Notes: generated by a model from the letters alone, not told the origin. 59,453 nucleotides of DNA from Octopus bimaculoides (GCF_001194135.2 NC_068992.1:3186602-3246054), one strand, 5' to 3'; positions 26,756 to 41,199 are shown, counted from the first letter of the stretch. Numbers and translations: made by a program.

Positions 26756-27206
26756 TATGACATCAGGACACTATTCAAAAGCAATACAACACTTCGCAAA
26801 TATATCCTTCGGGTAAAAACCACCAACAGAAGAGAATATGACCAAGAACTGCGTGTACTTCATCCCATGCAGCTGTGGTAGGTTAAAACAAAGGCGAAAC
26901 ATGTCGACCCCTCAAAATAAGGGTAGAGGAACATTGCAAAGCTGTGACACGGGAAGATATTGATAAATCGGGTATAGTTGGTCATGTATGGAAAAATGGA
27001 GACCACCTCCCCCTGTGGGATGAAGTTAAAATAATAGACAGAGAACACCACTGGAAAATATGGAAACTAAAATAAGCATCACATATGCTAGGACAAAACA
27101 ATCACCTCCTAAGCAGATCGAATGCAGATATGAACAGCATATGGGAACCGGTATTAAGGAAGGATAAGAGAATATTAGATTTAAAAACCCCAAAATTCAC
27201 TCCATA
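26756..27206 (+). mobile_element. Penelope GIY-YIG endonuclease fragment (relatively well preserved)
   Basis: YDIRTLFKSNTTLRKYILRVK...NCVYFIPCSCGR-(fs)-KGETCRPLKIRVEEH...KSGIVGHVWKNGDHLPLWDEVKIIDREHHWKIWKLK*ASH. Shows the VYxIxC..YxGET GIY-YIG signature, with one frameshift and one stop. Confidence 0.9.
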
Positions 27207-27340
27207 ATTGCCCCCGGGAATATGGCGTAGTGGTTTAAGAACGCGGGCTACTAACCCCAAGATTCCGAGTAACCTTAATAATAATAATAATAACATCGAA
27301 AAATATCTTAGGAATGAGAACCCAGGTTCGAAATTTCCCC

Positions 27341-27388
27341 AAGACACCTGATGAAGGCTGGAGGGTATATCAGCCGAAACGTTGTCTT
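27341..27388 (+). ncRNA. Minimal type-I hammerhead ribozyme (Penelope/retrozyme type)
   Basis: aagacac-CTGATGA-a-GGCTG gagggtatat CAGCC-GAAA-CG-TT-gtctt. The core CUGAUGA (27348-27354) and GAAA are intact, stem II is a perfect 5 bp, stem III is reduced to the palindrome AACGTT, and stem I pairs aagacac with gtctt with one mismatch. Confidence 0.7.
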
Positions 27389-29191
27389 AACAACAAACAA
27401 GATGAGGACAAATATCCGTCAAATGTAAATAATGAAAGCAGAAGTCATTTTCTCTCCAGGCATTTTCCCTTCTACACCACTAAAACGTAAACTCTTCGCC
27501 GCCGGATTCATCAGTATATTTTATTATTTGACTGAAAATACTATTAGTACCACTATGCCTCTTATTTTTAAACACATGAAGTTTTTAATATGAGAACAAC
27601 CATATTCCCTTAAGAAACAATTGGCCTTGTTAATAAAGGTATCAAGTAAAAAAGTCAAGGTACCCCAAAATCAATAGACAAGACTAATGGAGACTCTATA
27701 TTTTGGTCAATGTTTAAAAAGTTAAAACAGTAATTTATTATGTAAAGTGTACGAAGGGCAGAGGAGGGAAAATTCCATTTTGGCAAAAAGAAATAAGTCA
27801 GAACCCCTGAAAATGATAACAACCTAGGTAAAGAGGAGTTCTTTACAACACTAATCCTAGAAATCAAACTTAAATGATAGAAATGTTCGTATTTACTGAT
27901 TTTCGAAATATTTTGCGATAAGAACGTTTGATATATATTACGTAATTGGCTATGTTGTCTGAAGTTATTATTTTGACGAGTGATTATACCATTCGTTAAT
28001 GGTAAATACTCTACATTTACTTGTTTTTGTATTTTATGTCGGATATATGTAATTTTGACTGTTTACTTAACTGACTCTGATTTTGTCTCTGTTGTTTGTG
28101 GTGTTGGGTTATTTTGAATGAGATTAATCTAGCGTCTTAAGACTGACTATACTTAAATCAATCAACCAAAAACAAGACGTCATGATTGTTGTTAGAACGC
28201 AGTCGGACGACAAATATTTAACATGAAAACCATGCGATTAAGTATCAAGATTGTAATAATCTGAAAATTACGGAAATGAGAAACAAAATACTTCAAAGAA
28301 TAAGAGCAAAGATGCAGCCACACTAAACAGACAACACAAAATATCGAAGACTTGAATAAATACATCCGAAATCATAGAACATAACAAATAGAGATGAAAA
28401 TGTTGCGATTATCACCCTTCTTAGACTCTGTAGTAAGTAATAAAATGTACTATTCACACGTAGAACAAGCAACAACCAATATAAAAAAGATAAGACAAAA
28501 ACATTAGAATAATTATTACAACGCAGCAGTAACAGCTAACTCTTGCCATTGTAGCATCTTCATTCTAAATACACTGGAAGAGAAGAAAGCGTCCAATATG
28601 TGTCGGAGGCGTCATAAAACATATTCGGTACAAGCGTACTGCAGGTGATACTCAATCGTTAAGTGAACACAGTAACACACTGGAAAGGCAAATATATAAC
28701 ATAAACATCAGCAACACACATCATACTAACATAATACAGCGCCTCATACTAACATAATACATCTATCATACATCTACCAACATTCTCACCAGGTCACACA
28801 GTCAAACTACAATCCATTAACGCAGTCTCAAAGACTAACCAATATTCGGAATATTTTTCATGCTCACACAATATTTAGTTATACAGAAAATACAGATAAC
28901 AGGACTGGTGATAAAACAGCACAACAGCTAAATTCCTTTCCATGCCGAACAACTTACACCATCATACACAAATATCTCCCAACGATTTCCGTTACATTTC
29001 ATTCGTGAGCTGATTGCAAAAAATGTCTAAGTTGAACCAGTCTGTAAATCTTTTGAAGGCCTCACTTATCACCCATCACATAACACCTTATCGTCTAAAT
29101 CCCGCTTGAATGAGCACACAATAGAAAGAAGCTTACAAGATGAGCTACTTATAAGGATCAAGACCATATTAACGACAATATTTGATTTTCC

Positions 29192-29407
29192 CAAAACGGC
29201 GAGCTGGCAGAAGCGATAGCACGCCAGGCGATATGCTTAGCGGTATTTAGTCTGTCTTTACGTTCTGAGTTCAAATTCCACCGAGGTCGACTTTGCTTTT
29301 TATCCTTTCGGGGTCGATAAATTAAGTACCAGTTACGTACTGTGGTCGATCTAATCGACTGACCCCCTCCCCAAAATTTCGGGCCTTGTGCCTAGAGTAG
29401 AAAAGAA
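29192..29407 (+). mobile_element. SINE family 1, full length (reference copy; tail type A)
   Basis: A-box-like tggcagaagcg, B-box gagttcaaattcc, core gaggtcgactttgctttttatcctttcggggtcgataaattaagtacc, tail gggccttgtgcctagagtagaaaag. Resembles known tRNA-derived octopus SINEs; the exact family name is not verified. Confidence 0.92.
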
Positions 29408-29449
29408 AATTTGATTTTTCCTTCTCGCAGCTAATCTTTCTTCCAAGCA

Positions 29450-30790
29450 AAAACAAGCAGAACATTCTGATCTGTTACATTCCCGTTTCTCTGTCACTCT
29501 TCTCAACTATAGCAATAAAAACCTGTTAAACTCATTGAAAACTTTTCCCTTCACTTTATCACTTTCAAGCAATGTAACTAAACTTTGATAACTTTCAAAT
29601 CTCCAAATTGAATCTTTTAGCAGACTTTTCCTGTATTTGATCATCATACACAGTTAAAAAGTTTGAAGTTGTTATTTTTGGAATACCCTTCCACATTCTT
29701 TACAGACTAATATTTGCTAAACAGCAATGCAGTTGTGTCAACATAATATCAGCAAAAACGCATTGTGGAATATCTGAAATGAATTTCATATTCTTAGCAA
29801 CTCAATTTACTCAGGATTGAAATACAAGAGAAAGTTTTTCGTCTGGAGGGCAGAGAATAACAGGATTCAGTTCAACTACAACTAATTCTCTTATTTACTC
29901 AACAAATCTTATGTGGATATCAGTTTCACAGAACAGCTACACCCACCACAAGTTATTGTGATTTTATATTTGTGTATTGTCTAGCTGAGATTTAGATCAT
30001 TGACAATAATTCTTAATCTTTTCCTGTCTTGAATAATGCTTTTTGATTTCACTCCAAATGTTTCTGGTAACCTTCATATTGGTCTATAGCGTCATCCACC
30101 TCTAATACTTATCAGACTGTTTCTCTATTTCCCTCTGCTGTTCCATTGAAAGGTCGATCTGGTAGAGCTCGTTATTGATTTCTACAGTGTGTATCCAATC
30201 CATCCTAACCTCCCCGTTATCTCTTGTTCGGATTCTTAGGTACAGATCTGTGTTGCTGCCCTTCGTTGGCTAGCGAATACAAAGGTTTCTTCTGAGGTAT
30301 TTAGCTGGTTATGGATAACTCCACTGCCAGAGTGTGGTTTTAACAGTGGCCTAGAAGTCTGCCTCATAAAGGAGCACTGGTTTAGCAGAATTATATCATA
30401 GAAGCTAGACAAGCAATAACTTTGAAAATAAAGCATGGGTGATAGAAGTGTAGACTGGATCATTAAGAAAATATTCTCCGACACTCAGAATCTCTCTGTA
30501 GACATCTTTCACTCCACTCAAGAACATAGATTTTACTGATGACATACCTTTGTTAATAGAAAGACAACAACAGATACAAAATATGACGATGCTGGCGACA
30601 TCTTGGAAATATGTCATTTGGTATGGCTACATCAATGATCTGACAGTATTTCTCCTCCTTACCTTTTATCCAAACCGAACACCTAAATTCTATATCAAAA
30701 TGCCAAAGGATCCAACTTCGCTTTGCTCGTAGATGGAACCGACACAATAAACACTAACACAGCCTCTTCATTCAATATATAACTTCTCAG
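29450..30790 (-). mobile_element. R4/Dong-type non-LTR retrotransposon remnants (RLE piece plus pre-RT piece)
   Basis: WIKGKEEKYCQIIDVAIPND (restriction-like endonuclease motif, same family as 58765-59058) and DRKRLRIIVNDLN...LVVGVAVL (N-terminal region of R4/Dong ORFs). Many stops. Confidence 0.7.
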
Positions 30791-32654
30791 TAAATTCGTT
30801 AAAAAGAGCCAAACATCAATGTGTCATTCTGAAATTTCTTGTTTATTTCACTCATTCGCTATTTCAATTCCAAAGTCCTAAGACAGAAAGGAAGTGATCC
30901 TTCTATGGCTTCACTCATCGGAAATTCTAATAGATAACATCTAATTAAGCTCCGTCATTAGCCGTTTTTATATCTAATTTTCTAAGATTATGTTGCGTGT
31001 GTGTTTGTGTGTGTTGTAGCTGTGTTTGTGTGTGTTGTAGCTGTGTTTGTGCGTGCGTGTGTGAGTGTTTAGGCTAATATTTACTTTGTTTTAATTAGAA
31101 TATTGCCCAATTTATAAGAAAATGCCTGACTAATTGGTGTTCGTTTGAACACACTGTGGTTGTATGGATGTAAATCAAACGCAGACTTTCTTATAAACTC
31201 CAAATTTATTAAAATAGAGCTGCTTCATGTTGTGTTGTTTATGCATTGATGCAAGAATAGTTTGATAGTAACGTAGCAGAAAACAACATCGTTTTACAAA
31301 ATAAATATTGTATGCACACATATTTGTCCACATGTATATTTTCAAATATAGAACTGTATAAAAAGAAATATATCATGCATTCACAATATCCATATACGAA
31401 ATAGGCACGTACACTTATATATATATGTACGCATGTATATGTATATATACGTATATATGTATGTATGTTATTTTATGTTATATTATATCATATATATGTA
31501 TATATATTTTAACTACCTACGCAATGACGTAGCTTGCAATAAAACAGTGTTGCCAGAGTGACAAAGCAGTAAATCATAAAAGACTATCAAGTGAAATGTT
31601 CAAGGCCAAATTTATAGAATATATTCAGTTAACATTCGTTTCTAAAACGCAAGGTCTCTACCGAAACAAATTTTTAACGCAACCGAAAATAATATAAACT
31701 AGGCTATAAAACTATCGCTACTTACATAACTAAACTCATGGACATGCGTCATATGCAGCAGAACATATAACATAATACGGATAACTCTAAATAAAGCAAC
31801 TAATGAATATTCCAAAATTCTATTTAGCAACTTGAAATATAGATAACACCTGAAAGAGAGACAACTTCTGCGAAACAGGATACAAATGGCGTTATTAAAA
31901 GGAATAGAGAGAACAATAAATAAACTAAAGAAGAAATAAGTTGTAAAGAAATTTAAAAAAAAGCACCTGGGAATAAAGAGAACGACTGATGAATTGCTCA
32001 ATGAGAAATTCTACATATAAGGATAGTTTTAGAAAAACCAAAAAACAAGGTCTCCGCAGTTTTCGCAGCTATATACTAATTAATCTCTTTAAGTAAAGCC
32101 AGCCGATAAAAGAGCAGAACAATAACGATTTATTAAAAATATTTATTGACAACAAATAAAAATATCAAAATCTTTGAAATAAACAGATCGATAGTTTTGT
32201 GGGCAATAAGCAGAGGCATATAAATGAACAGTTTCAAGAAAAAAATGCGAATAAGTGAAACATTGTTAAACTGCAGCAAATTCGACTAATCAGAAAACAA
32301 ACCAGATTTCTTCAGCAAGTTTGCTACGGATAATGAATGTAATGTAGACAGCAATCTTAGTGGAAATAACAGGAAAATTAAGATGCCGTCAAACTACAGC
32401 AATGGAATAACAGCAACGCCGATTTATTTGCTTCAGTAACATCAAGGATAAAAAGCCATTGGAAGTTCACTGGTCTGAGCGTCATATAGATCTAGCTATA
32501 AACACTCACAATGCTCTTCATGAAAGGATAGGATAGGAGTTCTGAAAAAAATTAACCATTTTCAGAAAAAAAAAGAAGATAACACATGCTAGCAGTTATC
32601 TACTTTGCAACGGGGAAAATCATCGACAAACCATTTAGTATTACTATGGGCAGA

Positions 32655-32698
<44 letters not shown>

Positions 32699-32745
32699 NN
32701 NNNNNNNNNNNNNNNNNNNNNNNNNNNNNNNNNNNNNNNNNNNNN

Positions 32746-32796
<51 letters not shown>

Positions 32797-33535
32797 ATAT
32801 ATATATTATGTATATATATGACCAGGACACTTGATAAACAAAACGGTCAGCCAAACCAGAACGGTGGATTATTTACGAGCAATAAGAAGTAACCAGAACG
32901 TATGGTTAACAAATGACATGCCAAGACAGTCACCCAACCAACTTTCTAGGTCACGGGTGGAATAAAACAAATGATGCCTTTGAATAAATAGCCAACCTGG
33001 ACAAGAACAGATTTCTTAAGACCAACATATATAAGGCGATATCAGCTTAGAATATAGTTCAACTTCCACATTCGCACAAGCAAAGCAAACAGCAACCAAC
33101 TTTATACGACACGACAATGCTGGTAAAAAAATGTTCTTATACTTTAAAATTTTCATAATGCCTAACTGCTAACATAATTTATGACTACGAAACTTATTGA
33201 ACTTTAAATTTCTATCATCTATTATTGCCTTGATATTTATACTTTTGAACTTTTACCATTTCTATCATTGTGTAGCTTATTGAACACTTGACTATTTATC
33301 ATGTAATTTTGCTATGAAATCCGTTGAAAATTTGATTTTTTTTGAGCATGTTTTATTGCTTTGAAATATTTTCTTGTTCCTTTTCTTTCTTTTGAATATT
33401 AATCGTGTTTTCTTATTTTTAATTTGCCATTGAAATCAAAAAAGTTAAAACCGGAAATTTAGGAAATTAAAACAAACTAAAATTCGTTTTCAAACCCAGT
33501 TGTAATTTCACACCTAAAACCAATTTTTTCTGTTT

Positions 33536-33574
<39 letters not shown>

Positions 33575-33584
33575 NNNNNNNNNN

Positions 33585-33624
<40 letters not shown>

Positions 33625-34041
33625 GCTAATATTGAACACCAAGCATGAGTATTCAACACCGCATTCGTGGATAAATATTCTTTATTTGTGGGTTCACAAG
33701 GCTACCAATAGTTTCATTACAGAGAAATATCTCAACAATTATCCACATGGGAACGTTGTAACCACGTGAAAACGTTGTAGTCACATGGGAATGTTGGAGC
33801 TGTCTCCATCTTGGATGAGAATAAACAAAGTTACAGGAGACTGTAAGGAATTTGGCGATAAATATCCAGATCCTGGGAGGTAACTTATAGAAAAATCATA
33901 ATTGCTGTTTCCTTTCCATTGATCTTGGTATCTTTGTAATGAACTGCGTTTACTATAAATTGATTAATTCCTAAATCATTTTATGTGAGAACACTCGAGT
34001 ACTTCCAAATTTATAAATATAAATTCACGCATATGTGCACA

Positions 34042-34102
<61 letters not shown>

Positions 34103-34494
34103 GTGTGGATGTGTGTGTGTGGATGTGTGTGTGTGGATGTGTGTGTGTGGATGTGTGTAAGTATTATATATATATATATGTGTATGTGTGTGTGTTTCTA
34201 TGTGCGTGTGAGTGCGTGTGTGTGTATATGCGTGTGTGCGTGTGCGTGTGTATGTGGGTATGTGTGTGTGTGATTCTGTGCGTGAGTGTACATATTTTGT
34301 ACGGATGTGCACATACGTGTGAATTTATATTTATAAATTCGGACTACTTGAGTATATATAGTCATCTACATTGGTCTGAGGAGGGAAGGGACAATATTAT
34401 CTTGTTCATATGTTTTTGGTTTGGTTTGGTTTCTATAACTGGAAACCAAGCAAATGAAAAATGCAGCTGAGCAAAAATAGTTTCTTAAATATTA

Positions 34495-34895
34495 TTCTTG
34501 TATTCTTTTCTTCTACTTGTTTCAGTCATTTGACTGCGGTCATGCTGGAGCACCGCCTTTTAGTCGAACAAATCGACCCTCAGGACTTTTAAGCCTAGTA
34601 CTTATTCTATCGGTTATGTTGCCGAATCGCTATGTTACGAGTGGTGTGGGGGACAAACACAGGCACAAAGACACACACACATAGATATATATACATATAT
34701 ACATAAATATATATATACATATATATATGCATGTATGTATACGACAAGCTTCTTTCAGTTTCCGTCTATCTAATCACTCACAAAATTTTGGTCGGCCCCA
34801 GGCTATAGTAGAGGACACTTGTCCAAGGTGCAACACAGTGAGACTGAACCAGATACTGTGTGGTTGAGAAGCAAGCTTCTTACCACACAGCCACA
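34495..34895 (-). mobile_element. SINE family 2 with internal (TA)n microsatellite
   Basis: Reverse complement of the 24570-24995 architecture. Confidence 0.9.
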
Positions 34896-34998
34896 GTATG
34901 TATGTATGTATGTTTGTATGTATGTTTGTGTGTATGTATGCATATATATGTTTATATATATGCTGTAAATATACAGACAGACAGACAGACAGACAGAC

Positions 34999-35060
<62 letters not shown>

Positions 35061-35566
35061 GCCATGGAAACGTATCTATATTAGCCCCCACATGTAATAT
35101 AAGTTAGAGATTAGACATTATCTCATTTTTGGCTGAGGAGGAAATTTGTCTCTGTTGCTGAATTATGTAATGTAACAAATTGACAAACATAACAGACATT
35201 TGACTGCATCGTTTTTATTTGAAGTTCTGCACTATTTGTTAAGTTTTATTATTTCAAGCTGGAGTGACTTAATAAACGAAAAGAAAATTGTTTTAAAAAT
35301 GTCAATAATCATCCGACAGATTTAAAATGTTTTAGCGTTCATTTTAATGCAAAATTCAGAATATATAGACGCATATATGTATCTATATGTGTATATATGT
35401 GTATATAAAACTATATAAGTATATATATGTACATACATACATATATATATGTATATATATGTAAGTATACATATATACATATGTATATATACGCATATAT
35501 ATATGTATGTATATAGATATGTGTTTATATATATATATGTGGATGTATATATATATATATGTATAT

Positions 35567-35616
<50 letters not shown>

Positions 35617-36010
35617 TTATATATATACACACACATACATATATATATATATATGGGTTCAACAATAGAATGGAACCACCATTTTTTTATTTAACTTTTT
35701 TTCTATTTTTTCTATTAGCAACATGGCAAATTCAGAAGTCTGTTGCATTGTAAGTATGTGCTCTTATGCATTCTATATGTCCTGTATTTCATGATATACC
35801 GCTTTTGTTTTCTATTTAACTGCAGATATTTTGTGTATGCAATTTCGAAACCGTCCACGAATAATAATGTTTTATTTATGTAATTTTCACTGTCTTGCCC
35901 GCATACGGTTTGGTATTTCGCTGAATTTCATTTGAGAACTATTAGGTCTTAGTAGACACATTACATGTGATCTTCTTCTAGCACATTAACTGTCCACTTA
36001 GTGGTCGACG

Positions 36011-36049
<39 letters not shown>

Positions 36050-36238
36050 TACACACACACGTATATATATTTGATTCGGTTCCATGAGACGTAGTGTTTC
36101 GCATGCCACTTACAAAGACCTTCTTCGGTCAGGCTCAGATTATCGAATACGTATGCGTGGGTGTGTGTGTGTGTGTGTAGGTGCGTATGCGTGTGTGCTT
36201 ATAAATGTATAAATGTATATATGTGTATATTATATATG

Positions 36239-36269
<31 letters not shown>

Positions 36270-37466
36270 ATTTATGTACATGTATACATTCATATATACA
36301 TGCAAACACACATACGTATAGATGTGTGTATTAGTATTTGTGCGTGTGTGTTGTGTATTGTTCGGACGATGAAGACAAGACAGAGAACATTGAGATCAGG
36401 AAATTAATGAGTTATTTACAAATATTTTCTCTTTATCCACGAAACTCGGAAATGTTGAATGGATTCGATTTATTAAAAGTGCACTTGAAGAACGTGGTGA
36501 TTAATAATTGCAATAATTAATATGAATTACTATTTATAAAATTGGTCATAGATGAGACGAATCTACTCGAAGGATAATGAAGGAGATTAGGTGGACATTT
36601 CATTAGAAACTGTTTGAAGAATACGATGATTAAATATGTATATGTCAATTAAGATGATAGCTTGTCGTTATTTAAAACTGTGAAGATGTTATATTATATT
36701 CACTGTTCATCGCGTGAGTAGCTTAGTTATCGTTGTTGGTTGAGCTGTAATCGATAATTCAAAATCAGTCAGAGTACAAATGAGAGAAAAATTATCAAAA
36801 ACTCTTTTAATCTCAAAAACATATGATGCACATCAAATGTCAACTATATATATACCTATTGTAGAATTTGTATACATACTCTAGAACTGATGTGGGAGCT
36901 AAATGGAAACACCCCGTTACTCTGCTATGGAACCATTCTTGAAACAATGGAATTATACAAAACTTTGAAATAAAACTAAAAGTCAAATTTAAAAAAAAAA
37001 ACGCTTCATGCAGTTAAAAAGTACACTTTTTGATTCATCTTCGACATTTGTGTTCAAAACGGATTCACTTACTTGACATTTGTTACTCAAATATGTCATT
37101 TATGAAGTTTGGTTTAAAAGGTTCTCTCTGCCTTCCTCCATTCCTCCACACATCCAACTCTTTATCTTCCCAATCATAGTACACGAATGTGTATGCAAGT
37201 AAGGGCATGTTCTAAGTGTGCATGCGAATGGTCCACACCCACACTTAATATATGATAAAAGGGGATAACTGTTAGAAAATGTACCTAGTAAAACCTTTCT
37301 ATGCACGAACTACGGCATCTGTGTAGATAGATAGATAGATAGATAGATAGATACATTCTTACAGACAGATTCCAGGATAGATAGACAGACGGATAGACAG
37401 ACAACAAACAGAGACAGACACATACATACAAGCATGCATGCATACATACATACATACATACATACA

Positions 37467-37497
<31 letters not shown>

Positions 37498-37784
37498 GCC
37501 ACATAATTACGTCAATCTTATCGGTCCCTAGAAGGGCCTGCAAAGGCCATGGGCATTGTGTCTTCCTACGAACGCAGCAGTTAAAAAAAACATAACTAAT
37601 TTTAAGGCCGAGATGCAACGCATCAGTTTAATCCTGTTTTCTAGGTAAGCTAAGCAAATTGTCGTAGTAATATTTGAAGTCATTTGTATCTGGATATATA
37701 CATATGGCAATTACTAATGGTATGTAATAAGTAGGATAATAACAACCACGAGGAGGAAAGTAGAAACTGAATATACATTGAAAC

Positions 37785-38306
37785 GTATATTCTGAGATGC
37801 AAAAGGTATTGTATTTATTGACAATTTTCAAAAGGGCCACACCATTAATGGAGAATACTATGCGAACTTACTGAGGCAGTTACGAAAGACTATCAAAACC
37901 AAAAGCCCAGGAAAGCTGACGAAATGTGGTCTTGTTTTATCAGGACAATGCTCCAGCACACAAGTCTTTGCTATCAATAACTGCTGTACGTGACGATAGA
38001 TTTGAACTGGTCGATCACCCTCCCTATTCTCCTGATTTGACCCTATCTGATTGTTATCGGTTCCTCAAGATGAAAAAGCACTTGACTGAAAACCAGTGTT
38101 GCAGTGATGATGACGTCATATCTGCTGTGGATGACTGTTTTGACCAACAGGATGAAAGCTTCTTCGCGAACAGGACCCAACCACTGCACCACTGACTGAA
38201 GAAGTATGTGGATCACAAGAGGGACTATGTTGAAAAATAAACCTTATTTTGGTTACGTCCCATGAGAGTACCTTGGTCAGCATATGAACTTTTCAGCCGA
38301 CCCTCG
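37785..38306 (+). mobile_element. Mariner (DD34D) transposase 3' part with right terminal inverted repeat
   Basis: DAKGIVFIDNFQKGHTINGEYYANLLRQLRK...FYQDNAPAH...HPPYSPDLTLSD, with 34 residues between the 2nd and 3rd catalytic Asp. Ends ...RDYVEK* then a TIR-like aacttttcagccgaccctcg. Contains a frameshift and a stop. Confidence 0.92.
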
Positions 38307-38349
38307 CATATATATGCGTACACATATATATATTATATTATATTTGTAT

Positions 38350-38870
38350 GTATGAAAAATTTATGGAAACACACCAAATCATCAAAAGGCAAAAGGCAGC
38401 CCAAAACACTAAAACAAATTCTCACTGGAACAAAAATACATTAGCAAATCCTCAACCCAAATGTGACAAAATGCAGAAGAACAAATTGTGGCGTCTGTCT
38501 ATACCTAACTTAAGGACCAGAATTCAAATTTAAAGCTGGGCAAACCTTTAGAGCAAAAGTAAACTTCACCTGCAATTCAGAAAATTTAATCTATGTAATT
38601 ACAAGCGATGAATACCAGCAAAAATTACATAGGACATACGAGCCAGCCATTATGCAAAAGAATGACGATTCACCACCATCAGATCCGAGACGAGAATTCA
38701 AAGAAAATTCCCTTAAGTAGTAACATTGCAGATTGTGCATGAAGGGACTTACCCAACTATAAATCTTCCTCCTCTACAAGTGCTCGAACTCTTTCCTCCA
38801 ACAACAGCGATTAAATGAAGAAAAGCAATTCATTAGCAAATATATACCACAATTAAATACGAGAACATCC
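38350..38870 (+). mobile_element. Penelope GIY-YIG fragment (same subfamily style as 9730-12550)
   Basis: VTKCRRTNCGVCLYL...FTCNSENLIYVIT...NYIGHTSQPLCKRMTIHHHQIRD...RLNEEKQFISKYIPQLN. Confidence 0.85.
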
Positions 38871-38896
38871 ACTGTTTCCGCCTTTACTTTTTACCA

Positions 38897-38948
<52 letters not shown>

Positions 38949-40133
38949 TCAGTCGCACATACAGTAAGTTACACTTAGTGTCCCTCCCGTCAGTTGTCTT
39001 TGTCTCACAGTTATAGTCCAGGATTCTCTGTCTCGCTTCTTCAAATGCAAGATGAACTTTGAAGAAAAATTATGGAGTCGCATAAACGTACCGGAAGTAT
39101 ATATTTGCTGTATGTTATGTATCTTAAATTAGGCTTCGGTGAGTCAAATATATATCTACTTCGTCCTCTCATCATCTGAAATATTTGCACTCCACACCAG
39201 ATTATTCCAAAACCAATGATTACACGGTAAGCAATATATTTTTTCTGCAATTATATTCAAGCTGAGGTGATTCGATGCAGCTTCTAGCGAATATATTCCA
39301 CATGAGTAATATTTAGGTTTAGGTAAGTATGCATATCTTATATACGTAATTACGTCCATGCCCATGCACTACTAGCTGTATGTGTCACACATGCGAATAC
39401 ACAGGTATGCAGAGATGCACGAGAAAGTGACAAGCATTTAAACTATTTACTTATTTTCTTATTTACTTAGTTTCTATCCTCTCTTACTATTCTATTAGCC
39501 CGGGTGCACGAAGCTAATTATCTGCTCAAGATTCTGAATATAATTACAGCGAAAATGATTTCCGTTTGTTACATATCAACATTCCGTCAAAGCGTGGTCT
39601 CTCTTTTACTCTTGCAAGTTTTAAAATCAAAATGACTGATAGACGGTACGGAAATAATTGCACTTGGGGAAATTTACAGCTTCAATAATTTTTTATTTCA
39701 GCTAACCGAATTAACGTATACACACACACACATACACACGTACACACACACACATACACACACACACATATATATATTTAGGTATTTACATGAGCATGTA
39801 CACATGTCGGTAAAATGACTGAGAAAGAGATAAATCGAAAATAGTATATGCAATAAGTTGGAACCGAAAAGAGAATTGACTGGACGACCATTCACAGAGA
39901 CAAAGATACAGAATCAGGGAGATTTAGGCGTTTAGATGTACATATGTATGCATATATGTATGCATATATGTATATATGCATGCTTTTACGGATTCATTTA
40001 CATGCGTAAATTGGTGTCTAATTGGCGACACCTATTGTTGAATATTTTTAACTAAATTCTTTCAAAACTGAGTGTTTTATTGATATCTGCCAGGATATTT
40101 TAATCCCTTCTATATATATATATNNNNNNNNNN

Positions 40134-40176
<43 letters not shown>

Positions 40177-40689
40177 TGATTTAAAGGTTGCTTTGTGTTT
40201 ATTGTGTAAAATTAATATTCAGTTGCTGTAAAGGTAAGTTTATATTTCACTGTATGAATTTTTGATAATACAATGTATATATTACGAATGCAAATATACA
40301 CACGAAAATATTAATATGCAAAGATTCCTCTTGACTAGCCACTAATGTACACAGCTCCTACCAAAATACAATCCACGTGATATCAATATACATACATTCT
40401 TGTATTGACATCCAATAACGTATAACCTCACAACAACACACATGCGCTTTCGTACATATACTATTCATAAACTGTCAAAGCAGATATCTTGAACCATTCT
40501 GATTTTCTATTTTTATATCAATTCCAATGACTTCGTTACGCAAAGATATAATACATTGACCTATAGCCATATAAATGCGTTAGTCTTTGAATATTTCCTT
40601 GATTTATTTTTATGATTCAGCATATGTCGAAGAGCAAACCTAGAATAAGAATATCAGTAGAATCAAAAGTAACAGAATGCAATAATAAA

Positions 40690-41000
40690 ATAATAATTTC
40701 CTTTATTATTTGCCACAAGGTCTACATATAAGTGGACAGTAAAGAAAACGCTGAAAAGAAGATGAACGTTTTGGCGACTGCACTTGAAGAAGCTCTCCAC
40801 CTGTGTTATTGACTTTTGCTTTATTCCAGCGGGCTTTTCATTGGTGGCAAGTTCCAGAGTCTCTTTGCCTCGCTCTATCTTCTTGCGGAGTATTTGTCTC
40901 CATCGTGGGCGATCATTTGCGACCTCCTCCCATCTCAGGACGCCTAGATTTATTGACTTTTTTTTTTATCTCTCTTGCAAATGTCCTACGTTTTTAAATT
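40690..41000 (-). mobile_element. RTE/BovB-like LINE C-terminal fragment with a poly-pyrimidine 3' end
   Basis: WEEVANDRPRWRQILRKKIERGKETLELATNEK matches the WExLAxDRxxWR motif of RTE ORF ends. It is followed by a tail ending ccttgtggcaaataataaaggaaat(tat)n. Confidence 0.7.
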
Positions 41001-41199
41001 GGCTGTTCTTACTTGCTTCAACGACAAAGCCTTCTTTCTATTTGTTTTTCTATATTCAATTATTTATCTTACCACTGAAACCCACCGTTAAATCATAAAC
41101 GAAATTCTTTAATTCGGGATGATTTACTAAACTCGCAGTTTCATATTAAGAATTATAATATTCTACACTTAAATTTAACACTAACCAAAACGGCTTCAA

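Noticed and set aside
35818-35860. ctgcaga...gaaaccgtc as a third hammerhead
   Set aside because: The core has a substitution, stem II is poor and stem I cannot form.
40203-40213. 11-nt microexon TTGCTGTAAAG before GTAAGT (reads AVK, as in kinases)
   Set aside because: The acceptor lacks a pyrimidine tract, and matches this short are expected by chance in 59 kb.
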